Positions 1 to 14,735 are shown, counted from the first letter of the stretch. The stretch: 64,000 bases of DNA from Phoronis australis (GCA_002633005.1 NMRA01000522.1:136270-200269), one strand, 5' to 3'. Made by a program: numbers and translations. Notes: generated by a model not told the origin, from the sequence alone.

Positions 1-1665
1 ACCCAAAACAGCCTATTATGTATCAATTTAGATCGAGTAGTTCCACTCGATAACAGCAAGTTCACTTGTTTTACCTGACACATGACTGCAGATGGAGGTG
101 TTGAAATTAACCAATGACGTAACCGGTTCGAACGCAGTCTGTTCAGCAGTTCACAACACGCTTACTGGTGTCAACTTATCGCTTGAATGCATCGTTTTAC
201 ACCAATAAATCATCAAATTTCGATGTAAAACCCTTACAAATACATCGAGTTCTTGAACAAAGGTGTTGTTTTATTTCGCTGTTACGGATTTATTCGTATT
301 TGAACATAAGGTAGCCTGCAGAGTTCGGTCAAGGAGTGTAGAGTCCTAGGTTCTATAGGCCTATTTATCATGGTCGATCGCAGGAGTTTGGGTCTCATGT
401 GCTTGGTGATAAATTAGAATCATCCATCCGTGAAATACAGACATGAAAGATAACTGTGTGTTGTACTTTTAGACCTGCGATTTTTAAGTTCTAATCACAA
501 AACGCTTGTTATCCCAGCCACTGCCTGGATCGGAATCCGGCGATCAGGCCTGTCGCGGCCGCCGGGACTAGACATCACGAACATAAACCTGCTTCAGTTG
601 GAAACTAAACCTCCAGTCACAAAAAGACTATACTAGTGAGCCAAAGAAATAATGTGCACGAAATTATTTTGGGGAATTAGCCACGAACCTGCAAATCTAC
701 TTACTTCTCGGGGGCCGCGAAGTCAATTTGCCCTTTTACAGAACCGACAGGGCAAAAGTTGTACAGTAACAATGATGTCAATAATGTATTTGTATATCTA
801 AATAAAGATTCCCCTAACATGTGACCATAGTATATAAAATCGAGTTATTGTTTCACAACAGCTTTCTGTCATGAAACACTGAATTAGCATGCGCTCACAC
901 GGCCTCGGTTCCAGGTCAATTCCATTTATTGCTTCTCAAGCCGGTAACGCAGTGGTTCATTCATTGCTGGCTTCTCAAAACATTTGCTCTCACGAATACT
1001 CCAAAGGCATTATAAATTTTATCTAATGAGACAGGCTTTGTTTTAGATTTATATAAGCATTAGTTAGGGTGAGAATACATCATTTTGAAACAGAACGCAG
1101 AATAATAAACGTCAACATGGCAGCAATCCCGACTTGGCGAGAGCTCATCCGATGAAAACTTCGCAGGTGGATCGTTATGTTTCACAGGCTATCAATTCGA
1201 ACCGGAATACAGCGATCAAGAAATACTAGAGAGGCGCCGTGAACATGAACAGGCAACGGAACGTATTGATAGTTCCGTCTTTGGTAAGCCGGCATTCGTC
1301 GGACTCACTGTCGAAGACTGCCGGCCACAGACACAGAGATGTTTCACGGCCTCATGCTTGCTATTAACAGCGTACTTTTCATTCTTCACCACCGCGAGCC
1401 ACTTCCTAAGCATTTCGGACTCTCGAGGAAGTCGAAAAAACGATATTCCCGCTTTCTTCGCAGCTGCATAGTTCGGACAAGCGGGAACGATGCACCACAA
1501 CATAGCGACATTCACTCTGCAAATGAACCACTGACGTCGCTGCGTCGTTTCTCCCCTTCCTCACAGGTTAACGCGACACCTCTCGGCAAGGTAAGTTCCA
1601 CCGTATGCGAAGCGATGTGGATATAGACCGATTAAGACGGTAAAAAAGACTAATTAAATCGGATG
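1..1665 (+). mobile_element. Kolobok-like non-autonomous DNA transposon, copy 1 (left tip just outside the window), carrying a THAP remnant
   Basis: Colinear with 57092-60316 (same strand) and 52394-55745 (opposite strand). Those copies show TTAA flanks and AGGA(C/G)AATGC termini. Confidence 0.75.
1216..1503 (-). pseudogene. THAP zinc-finger remnant within Kolobok-like copy 1
   Basis: MLWCIVPACPN..GISFFRLPRE..LRKWL..LCVCGR(Q). Shows C-x4-C, the conserved P and W and the distal C; frameshifted at the CxxHF motif relative to copy 2. Confidence 0.75.
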
Positions 1666-1884
1666 TATTAATAAAATTCTTTTTGAGACACAGTATCATG
1701 ATGGGAACTCTTTTAGGGTTGGTTTACCGACTAATATAAATATTGACTTCGATCAAGCATCAGAATGTGGCGTTCATGGTTACGGACTGCTGCAACTTCT
1801 CATGAAGAACGTTATGGCTATTAAACATAAGAAGGTTCTCGTGAGTTTCAATTCAAATGTATGGTGCAATGGGCAAGATTATGC

Positions 1885-2700
1885 GGCCTACGTACGTCCT
1901 GATGCAGTCTAGGCATCCGGTCGCCTGCATTTTTCTATTATGATAAGACGGCATGGACGGATTTTAGAACGGATTTGTCCCCTAATGGCGATTTCATTTT
2001 TGTTGCGTTTGGCTCTATATCTACCGTATACCTAGACGGGTTTTCATGACATTTGGTTTCTGTTTAGTAGACGGCACCTTCACATTTTGGACGGATTCCC
2101 GTATTCTGCGCCCCTGGTGGTTTTGCGTTTGTTTTTGACGTCACCTATCCAACAACTCCCTTAAAGCTCCATTATTTAATTTCAAACGTGTTTTCCTATA
2201 GGAATGAACACGACTGGGTTTTTTTTTTCGAACTGGTCTCATTTCTATAGCGCCATCCAGTAGTATTTTTCGCCTTTTCCTAAGTTCCTTGACGGATCTT
2301 CATGACGTTTGGCAATTGCGTTCCTAGGAGCACCCAAGCGGCGTTGCTTTTCGAACAGATCTGACTACTGTGAAGTCCCCTCGTGGCAATTTTATTTTTC
2401 TTTGCGTCTGTTTAATATCAACCCAATCCTATGATGGGTTCTCACAATAGGTCCAAATCAAGGGTTCAAATACTGAATCTATGATTCAATGGGCGGATCA
2501 GGGGATTGCTGCCAGTGGCGGATTTAGTGGCCCCTCTAAAATTCTACCAGATTCCATGTGGCAGTAAGGGAGTGCGAATGTCTGACTGGCAAAATCCTGG
2601 CTAATACTCTGCCCTGCCCCCCCAACTCAAAATCCTGGATCCGCCCCTGGCTGCTCCTCGTGTGGTAATCTATTGTTAGCAACTGCCTTTCTTTTTACGT
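1885..2700 (+). mobile_element. Helentron/DINE-1-like (HINE) repeat fragment with ~130-140 bp internal units
   Basis: Repeating units with GCGCCCCTGGTGG / GCGCCATCCAGTAG / CCCCTCGTGGC cores, homologous to the reverse complement of 60989-62243; interrupted by a MITE at 2513-2649. Confidence 0.55.
2513..2649. mobile_element. MITE with CAG..CTG termini and 5-bp TSD
   Basis: CAGTGGCGGATTT ... GGATCCGCCCCTG, flanked by GCTGC at 2508-2512 and 2650-2654. Same family as 29290-29608. Confidence 0.8.
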
Positions 2701-4019
2701 ATAAATGATTACGAAACTCGGCTTGGAAGGGAGGGGGTAGGGCAGGGGGGTTGGGAGGGAGGGTAGATTTCTGGACGATCTACCAGGTAGCCTGTGTGAA
2801 GGTAATTCAGGCTTCCCACACGAGGTGCACTATTTTTTGCTTTTACCTGATGGTTTTATACTAAAGTAAGGTTACTAGAAAGTATTAAAGTTATGCACGT
2901 TTCATTACCATTTACCTCATCAGAAATGAAACAGAAACTTGCAAGCAGACAGGAGTAGTTTGTAGCTGAAGGCTCTCACTCGTCAGCTCGTAACACGGAT
3001 ATACACATGTAGAACTACAGTTAGAACTGTGGTGAAACATTACACGCTTTAATTGTTTGGGCAGAATATTTGTTTTAAAATTAATACTACCTGTGACTTA
3101 GGTCAGGTAGAACATTCCCTTTATGAGAAAGTCGTGTTGGTGGTCTTCCTCCACAAAAGATTCAAGAAGTGACGCACGGATGTCGTTAAAAATAAGTGAC
3201 TGCACAATAACACGCGGACTTTGGCCCAAACAAAAGGATCGACAATATGACAAGTTCTCCTACTGATTGATAAAGCAGTGTTAGTGACTCAACAAAACAG
3301 ATCTTTAAAATTTCCTTGTCGTGATAGCTATGAGTTTCTATAACGAAATAAATCAGATCAATTAGGCCAATTTTAGGAAGAGCTGCGCTGTTCTCAGAAT
3401 GAATACTATGTGGGCAATCGACATGGTTTTCGTTACACTATGAAAAGATGGGCAAGCACTAGTCGCCATCTGACACGCTAAGATCGCTGGCTCCTCTGAG
3501 ATGAAGAAGACTTCAGCAGAGAGTGGATGTTGTTTGTTATGAGTGTTGTTGCATGTTCAGTTGTTGTTTCACAAAACATTGTATAAGGCAACTAATGAGT
3601 TTTTGTATTTTGATACTTGTACTTCAATATACCGCAAATGTATTTGTAGACGCCAGTGTATAACGCTAGGGAATGAAACTTTGTCTTTGTCTTTGAAGTT
3701 TCTTCTTCTGCACGCACGCCATTTTCAAATCACTGACAGTTTATTCTTTTTTTTTCTCACTGACTTTCACAATGTACTTCAAACTACACGTGTCTTAATG
3801 GATGAATCCAACATGAACAGTGATGAGCAGTGCGAATAGTATTCGGGCTTACTTCAATGTGGTAGAAGGCCTACATATTTCTTGCTTGCAACATGGTTCC
3901 AATGAATCCCACGCAATGCCAAATCGGATAACACTATCCTGGGTATCGTTATGAAATGTCAAAAGTCTCCGAATTATTTGCCATTAAAACCATAAAACAT
4001 AACCCGCTTAATGTCATGA

Positions 4020-4715
4020 TTTATTGTGTGTGGGTGCCGTCATCCCCATCCGCAGGTGTATTTGTCCGTTTTGCATTTTGTTCGTGAAGATTTGCTGTTA
4101 TGTTCCTATCACGGACAGGATGGCCCGGCATGGGTGAATTTTTCAGAAGGCTTTGACAACCGCTCTCCTCCGTTAGCATTTTTTGTAATTTATCTTTTGT
4201 ATCTGTGAAGTCCTTCGATGGACGTTCATGAAATTTCGCATGTAGGTTTCTATTAAGGAGACAACAAATTTCAGACGGAAGAAGCTTGTTTTATGTTTTT
4301 TGGTTTTTGCGTCAGTTTCTGGCATCCGCCTCTCTATCTGCCTAACAGCTTAAAGGATCATCATTAAGATTCACGAATATGATCTAATTGAGATCAGCGC
4401 CGACAAATGTTGATTTCTGGGCAAATCAGACTACTGTGGCGCCACTTAGTGATGATTTAATTTTTCACGTCCTGTTTGGATTTTCGTGAAATTTGGCAAA
4501 GAGGTTTTTGTTAAGGAAACGCCGAGACGTTTCATTTTCGGATATATTCAACGTTTACTGCGCCGCCTAGTGGCCATTTTTATTTTGGCGTCCACTTGTC
4601 TATCCGCCAAAGCGCTTGAAGGTTCATTATGAAATTTTAAGTGTTCCTATTGCCATGATCACGTCTGAACTAGATATTTGGAAGGGTCCGACTATTGTCA
4701 CGTCCCTAGTTGAAG
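4020..4715 (+). mobile_element. HINE repeat fragment
   Basis: Starts with TGCCGTCATCCCCATCCG, like the 5' end of the complete copy; units contain GCGCCACTTAGTG (4439) and GCGCCGCCTAGTGGCC (4560). Confidence 0.55.
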
Positions 4716-4804
4716 TCTGATCAGTGTCAAATCCAGGGAGAGGAAAGGTTGTTGTTGACAAAGCCAGTGACAACACCAGACAGTGGGAACGAAGGTAACT
4801 TTAC

Positions 4805-6304
4805 TAATTCATGTAATTTGAGGGTGTCATCAACAAGTCTACAAAGTATCTCAGAGAAATATAAAAAAAGTATGGAAGTACTGTGAAATTCAAAATAGCG
4901 AGGTGAAAATGCAATATCAGTGCACAGTGACTTTCGTGGTGTTCATGCCGTGCTGGCATCTGTCAGTCAAATAAAAATTGCCTGGCTAGGTCTCAAGTCT
5001 ACTGTTTTTTATTGTCAGATCTGTATCCAAATCAATTCTGTCCAATATTCCGGTTTGTAAGGATGACTTTGAGTGGAAGTGATCAATTTACAATTGAAAC
5101 CTGTTTCAAGGATAAAGGGTGGCGCGGAAGAAGAATCGTAAGGGAATTCCCAGGAAAATGGTGCAGTCGTGCGACTGTAGATAGACTTATTGCTAAAATA
5201 GGCAACGCAGCGTCTGTTGCGCATAAATGTGACAGTGGAAGACCCAAGACTGCATGCTAGGAAGAAAAGGACGATCGTGTTGAGAAACTGATTCAATCCA
5301 ATGAAGACAACCCGGGGAATCACAAATCTCTGAGAGAAGTGGCAAGGGATTTACAAGTGAGCAAGTTTTCTGTCCAAAGAATGGCAAAAAATAGAGTAAA
5401 TTTCTTTAAAAGAATGTGGTTGTCACGGAGAGATCAAAATGTTAGAAGGAAAAATATACTCGGCACCGCTTCTTGCATAACTGCTATTTAGCCACGGAAG
5501 TGAAATGAATCATTTTCACTATTGAAAAAGACTTCACGTTAGAAATCGCTAAAAATCGCCAAAACTATCGTGTTTATGGAATAAAAAGAAAAATTCAGCC
5601 TTATCGACTCTGTCATGAGACGTCTAGACTTTTCAAAAAAGTAATGGTTTCTGCTGGAGTATCTTGGGAAGGAAAACAAATATCCATTTCATTGACAGTG
5701 ATAAGGCCAAAGTTAACAGTCAACGCTACATGAAGTTACTAGATGAAAATCTTCTCCCGCATTGCAGGCGACTTTAACCTGGAAACAATTAATTGCTTCA
5801 GTAAGATGAGGCTCCTTAACACACGAGCAAGGTAACCAGACTCATCTGGAGGAGGACACACCAAAATTCATCAGAAGGATGAGTGGCCTCCTCTCAGTCC
5901 TGACTGCAGTCCAATGGACTGTGCCATATGAGACTCTTTGAAGGAGAAAGTTTACCGGGAATAAGAAGCAAATTGACTGAGCAGGAGTTTAACTACGTGG
6001 AAGGAAATCTCGATGGACGAAATACGGAAAAGCATTTCTGGTTGGAAGAAACGGGTCCGTTTGGTCGTCGAGGAAGATGAGCATAGACTGAAACAAGCGA
6101 GCTTCCATATGATATTTTATTTTTTGACCTGATGTTTTTAACGTGACAGTACTGATCTCACAGTACAGTACACAGATCTCTTTGATATTTTGTACATTTG
6201 TTGGTGATATCCTAAGATTCATCTGTAAGAAATTTAAAAACACTCGATTTATCCGTTGATGAGAAATTTCTTGCCAAAAATTGCTCCCTTTTTGGGACAC
6301 CTCA
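4805..6304 (+). mobile_element. Tc1/mariner superfamily, DD37D (maT-like) transposon relic with disrupted transposase
   Basis: HTH (SRATVDRLIAK..SGRPKT), IIFT(D)EKDF, VMVSAGVSWEGK, LQ*DEAP*HTSK, WPPLSPDCSPMD. There are 37 residues between the 2nd and 3rd D after restoring two 1-nt frameshifts. Diverged inverted repeats at ~4816-4890 and ~6160-6225; right end GGGACACCTCA|TA. Confidence 0.85.
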
Positions 6305-6677
6305 TATTTCTTTAAAGCTATTGGAATAAGTCTTAAAATTTTCAGATTGAAATATGTCAAAAATAATCCTTTGGAGCAATTTAACAGTGCCTAATTTTTT
6401 GTCTCATCTATTAAAAATGAACATACAATGGAATCACTCAATTATTTGGTTTCCATGACACTTTACACCTCCTCTGCTATGTTGAAAATGCCACAGAATC
6501 CTATATTGGCAAATTCTTATACTGATAAAAAAGATTTAAATTTCTCAGTTGCATCACCAACAATGCAAACTCAGCATCTAAAACAAACAGAAAACTTACT
6601 TTGCTTTAACTCAAAGTTTGAGGCTAATGACATCGTTTTAGAAAATTTGAAAATTTGTCTAAGTTTCCTGTCCGATC

Positions 6678-6742
6678 ACTGGGGTTCCTGTTTAAAGGTC
6701 GGGATTCCTGTTTTAAAGGTCGGGGTTCGTGTTTTACGGGTT
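6678..6742. repeat. ~21-bp tandem repeat x3
   Basis: GGGGTTCCTGTTT(T)AAAGGTC units. Confidence 0.7.
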
Positions 6743-7876
6743 GGTTAGCTGTTTTGAAGGTGCGGAAGTATGTTTTTGACGCCGGGATATTTCTTTTACA
6801 CTGGGATTCCAATTTCGATGGAACACCTTGATTGTATGATGAAATTCAGTAGATGTGTTCTAGTTGAGGAAAGTACGCCTGGCGTTACAGGGACGAGTAC
6901 GACTATTGTAGCGTCCCTTAGTAGCAATTTAGGTTTTCTTTACGTGTGGTCCTCTATCAACTTTTTAATGGATGTTTACGAGTGGGCGCATCTTTACGTT
7001 GTTCTCTTCAAATAGACAGTTGATTGATAATTATGAAAGATACATAAGAAGTGGTACAGTAGTACAGAAAAATGTTTAATTTAGGTACTTGCGTACCATT
7101 TCATCCCTTTTCGTACATGTTACTTTGAGTCTTATTTCTGCCGCAAATGGCATGTTTTCACGCACGCTTAGTTGTTATTGACACAAAATACAGTCACCAC
7201 CAACGAAAAGTCTTAACTTAAATTACCAGAAATCTTATTGTTGGCTATGACTCTTCAACTCCTCCAGGCTTCTCCACCCCTCAGCCATCTCGAACTTTCC
7301 GTCTCTCCTCATTCGCCAATTTTGCATTCTTCCCAATCGTAACCGATTGTCTCATGTTTGGTCGGCACGAGACATACGTGTGAGTGGGAAAACTTAATTT
7401 TTGGAATTACGAATGCAACTTACAGGTTTTGTGCATACGTACGTTGGACATGCGTAATTTTTATAGAGAAATCTTGAATTTTTGATGTTTTAATGAAGCG
7501 GCAAAATACACGTTACACAATTACGTACATATATACGTGACAAATCGTAACCACCCCTCCAATAAATAGACTTGTCCAGGTGCGGCTTATCGTAAAATGA
7601 GCGGTTGTGAAAGTTTCTAATCAGTTGCTGTTATGAGATGATCAAAGCGGCTGGTGCTAGGATTACACTGATAAGTTAAAGGTAAAATTTTGTAACTATT
7701 CATGCAGTTTTTTATTGTCGAGAGAAAATTTCTTGCATGCAGACTTTGCTGTTACATCAGTCAACAAAAATGTGTTACCTTATATGAATAAGTCTTGCAT
7801 TAATTGTTGTCTTGGCTTTTTTAAAATAGCAACGACTTCATTCCATCCAAATTAAGCTCCAATATACAGAGAGGCT

Positions 7877-7962
7877 AGTTTTGTCATGTGCCACGCGGTG
7901 TTATAATTAAACTTACTTTAGTTTTGTCATGTGCCACGAGGTGTAATAATCCAACTTACTTT
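7877..7962. repeat. 42-bp tandem duplication
   Basis: TAGTTTTGTCATGTGCCACG..AACTTACTT occurs twice. Confidence 0.75.
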
Positions 7963-10900
7963 ACTTACGGAAACTACACAACATTTCTGTTTTCCTTGCA
8001 CATTAAATATCACCAACTAAAAAGAAAAATTGTAATTTATCATCACAAAGCTAATTACTTATCGCCATTATACGAGGAATGATCTCGTCCTTAAAATGTA
8101 TGCAAAAGCTGACAGAGCAACACATCCACGCAATGTAAACGTCGCACATTCATAGGTTCTTTTAAACCGGAAACTATTAGTTTAATTACTGTTTGATGTA
8201 ATTGCGTTATTTAAAGATAATCTGTTTTCGTTAATATATTGATCATGCACAGCTGATAAACCTTTTCCATCACAAGGAAAGATGGTCGTCTGAGATAACA
8301 TTCTCTTAAGAATAAGGGTTACATCAAGTCAGTAGATTCTGAATTATTCGAGTTGTGTTTTCACTATTTTGGAATCTTACTGAAGAAAGGATCTTATATC
8401 ATTGTAAGGAAGCAGCAGTTACACAGAGATAGGGGAAAATGCAACAGACTCTTTCCACGAAGCAAAGCCCTTACCAACCTACTGCGCATTGTAAAAAATC
8501 TTACCACGCACAAAAACTCTTGTCACATAGCTTCCAATCGGACACACGGTACTCTTACGGACAATAGAGCAGTGTGCTTAATGATCGCCAGAAGCCGCTG
8601 CCCTGTGGCCTGGAAGAATTGATTTAATATTTTGGTGAAGTGAATCTTGAGACTTTTGGACGTTGGCATGAATAATAGAAACTAAAATGACTTTTTAGGT
8701 AACAGTATATCGTATTTGTAAAAAGCAATTTGTCGAAATCGAAGCTTTACCGATAATGACGTCACACGAGTTCATCGAAATTTTTTGCTGTGCATTTTTA
8801 TTGCAAAATTGCCGTCTTCGCTGTCAAATCCTCAAATTATTTTCCCCGCCTTTTCATATCTAATGTTGGCAACTATGTAGGTGAGTCCAGGCGATGACAA
8901 ATATTCGAAAATAAATTGATTTAATTTCTCCTGTTTGAATATTTCTGAACATGACGAATGGTCAAAGCCCCATCGCGCACGAGGCAGAAATGGCGTGTGT
9001 AAATACGTTCCAACGAAGTCATTAGAGCCAGCGCAGACGAAAAGCTACAAGTTGAGCTGCCTGCCTCATGTGAAAGATAGCTGGTCTAACAGAGCAGGTG
9101 AAGGGGTAAAGAACTAAATGAATTAGCTTTAATTTATTCAATTCTTGTCGTAGTTTCACGCCTTGGCGTGAGAGGTCAGTTCAGCTATTCTGCATGAAAT
9201 ATTGTTTACGTGAAATGACCTGCCCCTACGGACACGACAAAAAACGCTGTCAGCAAGTCCTATTTATGGCTTTCGCGGTGGTTGCCCTCCCCCCCCTCCC
9301 TTACGACGAGGCGACGTCCAAAATCAGCCTGTGCCGAGTCACTCTCAAACCAGTCAGCCAACACCCACTTCCTGGAATACGTCGACGCTGTCTCTGGCTT
9401 TGCGATATTTACCCCCAATGGCCTGCATCCAGCTCATCGCTAACCGCGGCAGAAGAATCTAGTTTATAATCTACTGCGGGCTCCAGAGTACATGAGCTTA
9501 TCTCAATCTTTTTATAATATACTTTTCAAAGAATATTTTTGATAATAAGGCGGACTTTCACAGACTTGTACCCAAATGAATGAAATCTGCCACAGTCTGG
9601 TGAGGTTCTGAATTTCGCCAAAGCGTGCCTCGCTTTTCGATCGCTAGCTGTGCTGATTGGCTGTTGCCCGACTTCCCACCAGTCACCAGGTGGAGAGATC
9701 GGGCGTGCGTTCTACAGACGCGAGAACATCGTGGAAACGCAAGACCTCGAGAAATAACGCCATGTATCACAAGCAAACCACGTGACCACTCAAGACTGCT
9801 TCTGGGATTCTTGTGTTTGCGAAACGCAGCCCGGGTCACTAAACTGCCAAGCGACATGTCATAGAAATCGACACCATTTCGTGAGTCCGCGTTAAAAAAT
9901 CGTTCGGCAGGGTCGTTTAAGGTCGTTTAAAGTTTTTCTTTAGAAATGTCACTTAGGGATGTTCTCCAATGGAGACTGAAATGTGAATTTGCCTTAAATT
10001 GTTACACAAAAGCATGTTAGCATCTTGAAGAATTTCAGTTCAGTAAAATAAGCAAATCGACATTCTTGTTCAAAATGTTTTCAGCGATACATGCAATATC
10101 TTTCTAGGTTTTGAATTTCGTATTGCGTTTGCTCTCTCTAAAATTAAGTTGCCGTAGTGAAGAATCGGCAGATTCCCGGGAAACCCTGGCTCAGGAAGCC
10201 CTCAAAAATCTTGATTGACGGATAATGAATTTACGAGTAAGGGAAGAGACAGAAATAAAGCTCACTTATCAAAAGCATATATGACTGCTTCGCATTCAAG
10301 TTGCTAAGATAACCGATATGACAAGGTTAAGTCATACTTTTTTCATCTGAAAATACCTGTGAAGATACTGTACTCTGACCAAGTATCAGTAGGCCTGTGT
10401 GTGGTCGGCACTTTACTGATACAGCGATCAAGTAAAGCTACCGTGAGCCGTACAGTTCACTTTTACTGCCTTGTTAATCGCTGTTTTGCATTTCAATCAG
10501 TAAGCCAATTGTCATTCTCAAGCCAAGTAAAGTTTAATGGTTGGTGCAGTGCTGGGTTGATGATAAATTTAAAAGCCGAGTGAGACGCCATAAACCATTC
10601 TCGACTAGTCCTCAGGCACAAGTGTTAGCCGACCTGCTCTTCTAAATCTAGGCCAATCTTACAATGCGGTTTTCTACCTATGCAAAAAAAGGATAGATGA
10701 ATTTGGGGTTCAGAGATTATGGGCAACAAAGATATCGTCATCGTCGTCATCATCACCACCACAGTTTTCAATTCTGCGACTTTTGAATTGCAAGTTTAAC
10801 TCGTAAACTACTATTATTACTGAAATGATCTAGAAATCACATCAACACGAATTCTGAGCATCTCTTGTCGAAGGGCTCCCAACCCCCCCCCCTCGCGGGA

Positions 10901-13900
10901 AGCGCCGTCTCCCATGCTCTCCCGATTTCCTGTTACCATAGGTAAACTGCTAAACCAACAATACCCTACAACAAAGCTTGATAGAGAATGTATTCGTGCC
11001 GGGTAAAATGTTTCTGCGGAAATTAACAGAGGCATTGTTCGAAGACTGACCACTCTAAATGCCAAACCCATTCTTTCTACTATACCTTAAATGTTATCTG
11101 TTTAATGAACTTGTTTTTCATTTGAGCTCAGCTGCACTAAATCTTTTGTCATTAACCAGCTATCTCATATATTGCTGTATGGATGATGCTATCATTCTTA
11201 GCGTTCAAAAGGATAAACTTCCTCTAAAAATGGCGCTACGGTATTTGAGTTCATTTCCATACTATTTTTGCTCGATGTTGTTGAGTCAGTTCAGGTGTAA
11301 ACATATGAAGTGTCTTAATTAATTGTCTTTAACAATAAAATTCAGCAAAAAAATTGTTTACAGGCGTGCTTACTAAAATGTCGGTGTTTCCTGTAAGCTG
11401 TTCGATAACCTTATAACCAACTCGACAACAAATTAGCTTACATTCAGTATTACGCTACTGAGATTACGCCAAACTTCAAACACCAATGACTCAAGTTAGC
11501 GACGGGTGATCTTCCGTAGCTGAGTAATCAGTGAACTCCATTGGGTCCATGACGTCATGTGTGATAGAAACAGAGATGACACGACTAAACTCGCAAGCCA
11601 TACAGCGCGTGACACGCGCTCCGCCATATTGATTATGAACGTTATGTAAACAAAAGCTCGGTGGCCTTATGGAAGCCGAGGAATTTTCAGAATATCAATA
11701 TGCAGACGTTTTTTCAACAAATAAAACGCATGTAAGGGGTGCTGAGGTGTCTCAAGGAAAATTACTTCAGTGATACGCTACTTTCCTATCTAGTATTACT
11801 TGTCCTAGTACCTTATTCATCATTAGCGTGGTGAACTGGTAATTTGTACAGTTTGAAACGACATGGTCTCACAGTTCAAACAGTTGTGTCGTAGACTCTG
11901 TTGTAAAACAACACGCCGCGGAACTAGAGTTTTAAAAAGCCGTTCGCATTATTAATTTTTACCAGCCCCCCATTTGGCGAAGTGGTCAAAAAGTTCCGCC
12001 TCATAGAAACAAAAAGTCCGAGAAAACGAGACAAAAGTCCACTAAAAAGATGCAAGTGCACAATTCACAACTCTGAACGTGGTACCCCGTTTTTTGGTCC
12101 TCCCGCTTTTTTGTTAGTAAAAGGTCCAAATCGCAAGAAATTAGAGCCCCCCCAAATTAAACGCTGGGTGCGCGCATACTACATATCCAGGCATTAATAC
12201 ACTGTAAGTATCAGAACACCATTAATAGGACAGAAAATAAAAATGATGGTTTTCCTCAAGTAAGACAGCTGCAGATTTTAATAACTTGCCAGGCTACATA
12301 ACATTTGTCCCATCTCTTGAAATCTACAGAAACAACCCATCCACCATCCCAATATAACATTGTGGGGTGTAGCATTCTTGGGGTATCCATTCCTTCGATC
12401 CTACCGTATTACTAATAACTTGGCTAAATAATTCTTCGAATTGGTGTCCACTCTGTAAAAATGTACAAAAATTAATGTTGTAGTCACTTTTTGTGTTTCT
12501 TCGTTGCTAGAAAACAACAAATATCTTAGTCACTAAACCCTTAAAAACATATCGGACTAAGAGGGAAATTCAAGAAAAGAACATGAACATCGACTTAAGT
12601 GGGTGTTCTAGGGAACAAATGAAGTTGAGCAATATTGTTTCTGCGATCGGATTCTCACCCACAAAATCATTTTATTTCAGTTTCAATTTTTAAACCTAGA
12701 AAGACCAAAAAATTATATAGTTGATTCTGGGTCTAATCTTCATACTGGAAATCAAATTTTATTTTTGATGTTTTCTGCTATAACTTAAGATAAGTGTTAA
12801 GACCCTTTAATTCTGTGCTCAAGTATCCAATGATTTCCTTGGATGATTCTCTAAAAATCCTAGTTTGCACTTGATGATCCTAACATTAGAGCTATGAATT
12901 GTTACCAGAAATGCCTTGTTGTTACCAATATTCGTTCCTAGTCTATACTACACAGTACACACGCATATCGACTAACATGGTTCATCAGCAAGATGACGGA
13001 CCACCCCGCTCAACGAAAACCACGTGACGTCAACTCTAGCTATCTATCTCATTGGATAGAAACTTCAACACGTCGTATTGAAGTCTTCCATTGCCACATT
13101 TTTCTCAAAGAAGGCGCTACATAGAGCAGCGTTTTCTGTGAAACAAGTATACACGTAACCTTTAGAATTTGTCCACAGTACACGCCCATGGCTTTACGTG
13201 ATTGATTGAGAAATCTTTTAAAGGTTCAAGATAAACTCACTTGACAATTTCATGTAGCAGAAGGCTTAACTAAGGCAATTAAACTTATGACAGACAACAC
13301 AACGGGCACTGGATTCGTGGCATAAAAGAAAAAAGTGTTGTTCATTGCCGATATTAGAATGACTCTAAACTGAAACAAAAATATAATACTTTAAAATGTG
13401 GCGCAACCTTTTCTGATATATCATTTGGTATGAATGCAAATACCTGGTTATCTAGGATATTGTGTCGTGTAAAATATTGTTACCTCGGTGAGTATTTTCT
13501 ATCAGAGGAACAATAGCATGTGACGCGGACGGCCCAGCAAAAAATCAGTATCCTGATTCGCCTGTAATTACTTCCATTGTGGAAACACAATGTTCTTCTC
13601 GCTGTTGACCACATTCTATGTGTGCCATTCATGTTTTCTCTCTATGGAAGTGATTACAGAACCAAGATTCAGACCATTTGCTAGGTCGTTTGCGTCACTT
13701 TCCATTGTTCCATGGATAGTCAGGGGAACACCAATTATTACGGAAAGAGTCAATGCAAGATAACTGGTGATCTTTTGTTGCCGTCGTCTTTGTTTGCGTG
13801 TCAGGGTGTACGCCGTCAAAGGTCGGTTGCTGCATCTCCTTAAGTCCTTGCAGGATCCTGATGAGATTTGGCAGATGAGTTGCTCTGAAGCTGACAACGG

Positions 13901-13929
13901 GTGACAGGTTTCGGATTGATCAGAATACC

Positions 13930-14735
13930 GTATTTAGTTTTTTATGTTTGCCTCTTCGGACGTCCATGAAGTTTGGCAAATAGGGTTCAATTGGGGAGAC
14001 AACAATGCTTTTCCATTTTCAAACGGATCTGACGTATTCTGCCCCACTTAATTGTCATTTTATCCGCGTTCCTGTCCTCCAATCTGCTGGGCGGATCATC
14101 TCGAAAATGTACAGATTTGTTCCTGCCCAGGAAACCACGACTGATGTTGATTTTCATACGTGTCCGATTCATGTGGCACCCCTAGTGGAATTTTCATTTG
14201 TCCCTTCTGCTTCTGTATCTCCTTGACCCCGGCTTTGCAGGATCTTTGTGGAATTTGGGATTTATTTTCCCGTGAATTTGCTTCCGAACGTCGATGACTT
14301 TCAGATGAATCTGATTACCACTATTCTCCCCTGTGGCAACTTTAGTTTTCTGTGCCCATGTTTATTCGGAGTTTTTTGGCGAAGTTTCATGTAATATTGC
14401 GCTAGTTTTCTATTATAGAGACAGTAACGCCTTTTCATTTCCTCATTTCCAGACGTATTCTGCGTCACCAGGTGGTCATATTTATTTTGCATTCTGTTTT
14501 TGTCGTTCGCCTCTTCTATTCGCCAAACCACTCAAAGGATCATTATGAAGGCTAGATGTATTCATTTGAACAAGAGTAAGGATGGCGCCGATTTTCGGAC
14601 GGGTCTGATTACTGCAGTCCCCCCAAGTAGCGTTTTTGCATCCACGGCTGTATTTCCTAAACACTCACAGGATCATTGTGAGATTCGGCAAGTGTTTCCC
14701 TGTGAACGTGGACCCATAAGACGACTTGTTTCTGA
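13930..14735 (+). mobile_element. HINE repeat fragment (5-6 internal units)
   Basis: Units with GGCACCCCTAGTGG (14175), CCCCTGTGGC (14327) and GCGTCACCAGGTGG (14462), and recurring GAAATTTGGCA/TTTCAAACGGAT boxes. Confidence 0.6.

Noticed and set aside
8757-13032. CRE palindromes TGACGTCA (8757, 11550, 13025) as receptor regulatory sites
   Set aside because: The same 8-mer occurs inside transposon copies in this window (e.g. ~2137, ~57208); there is no independent support.
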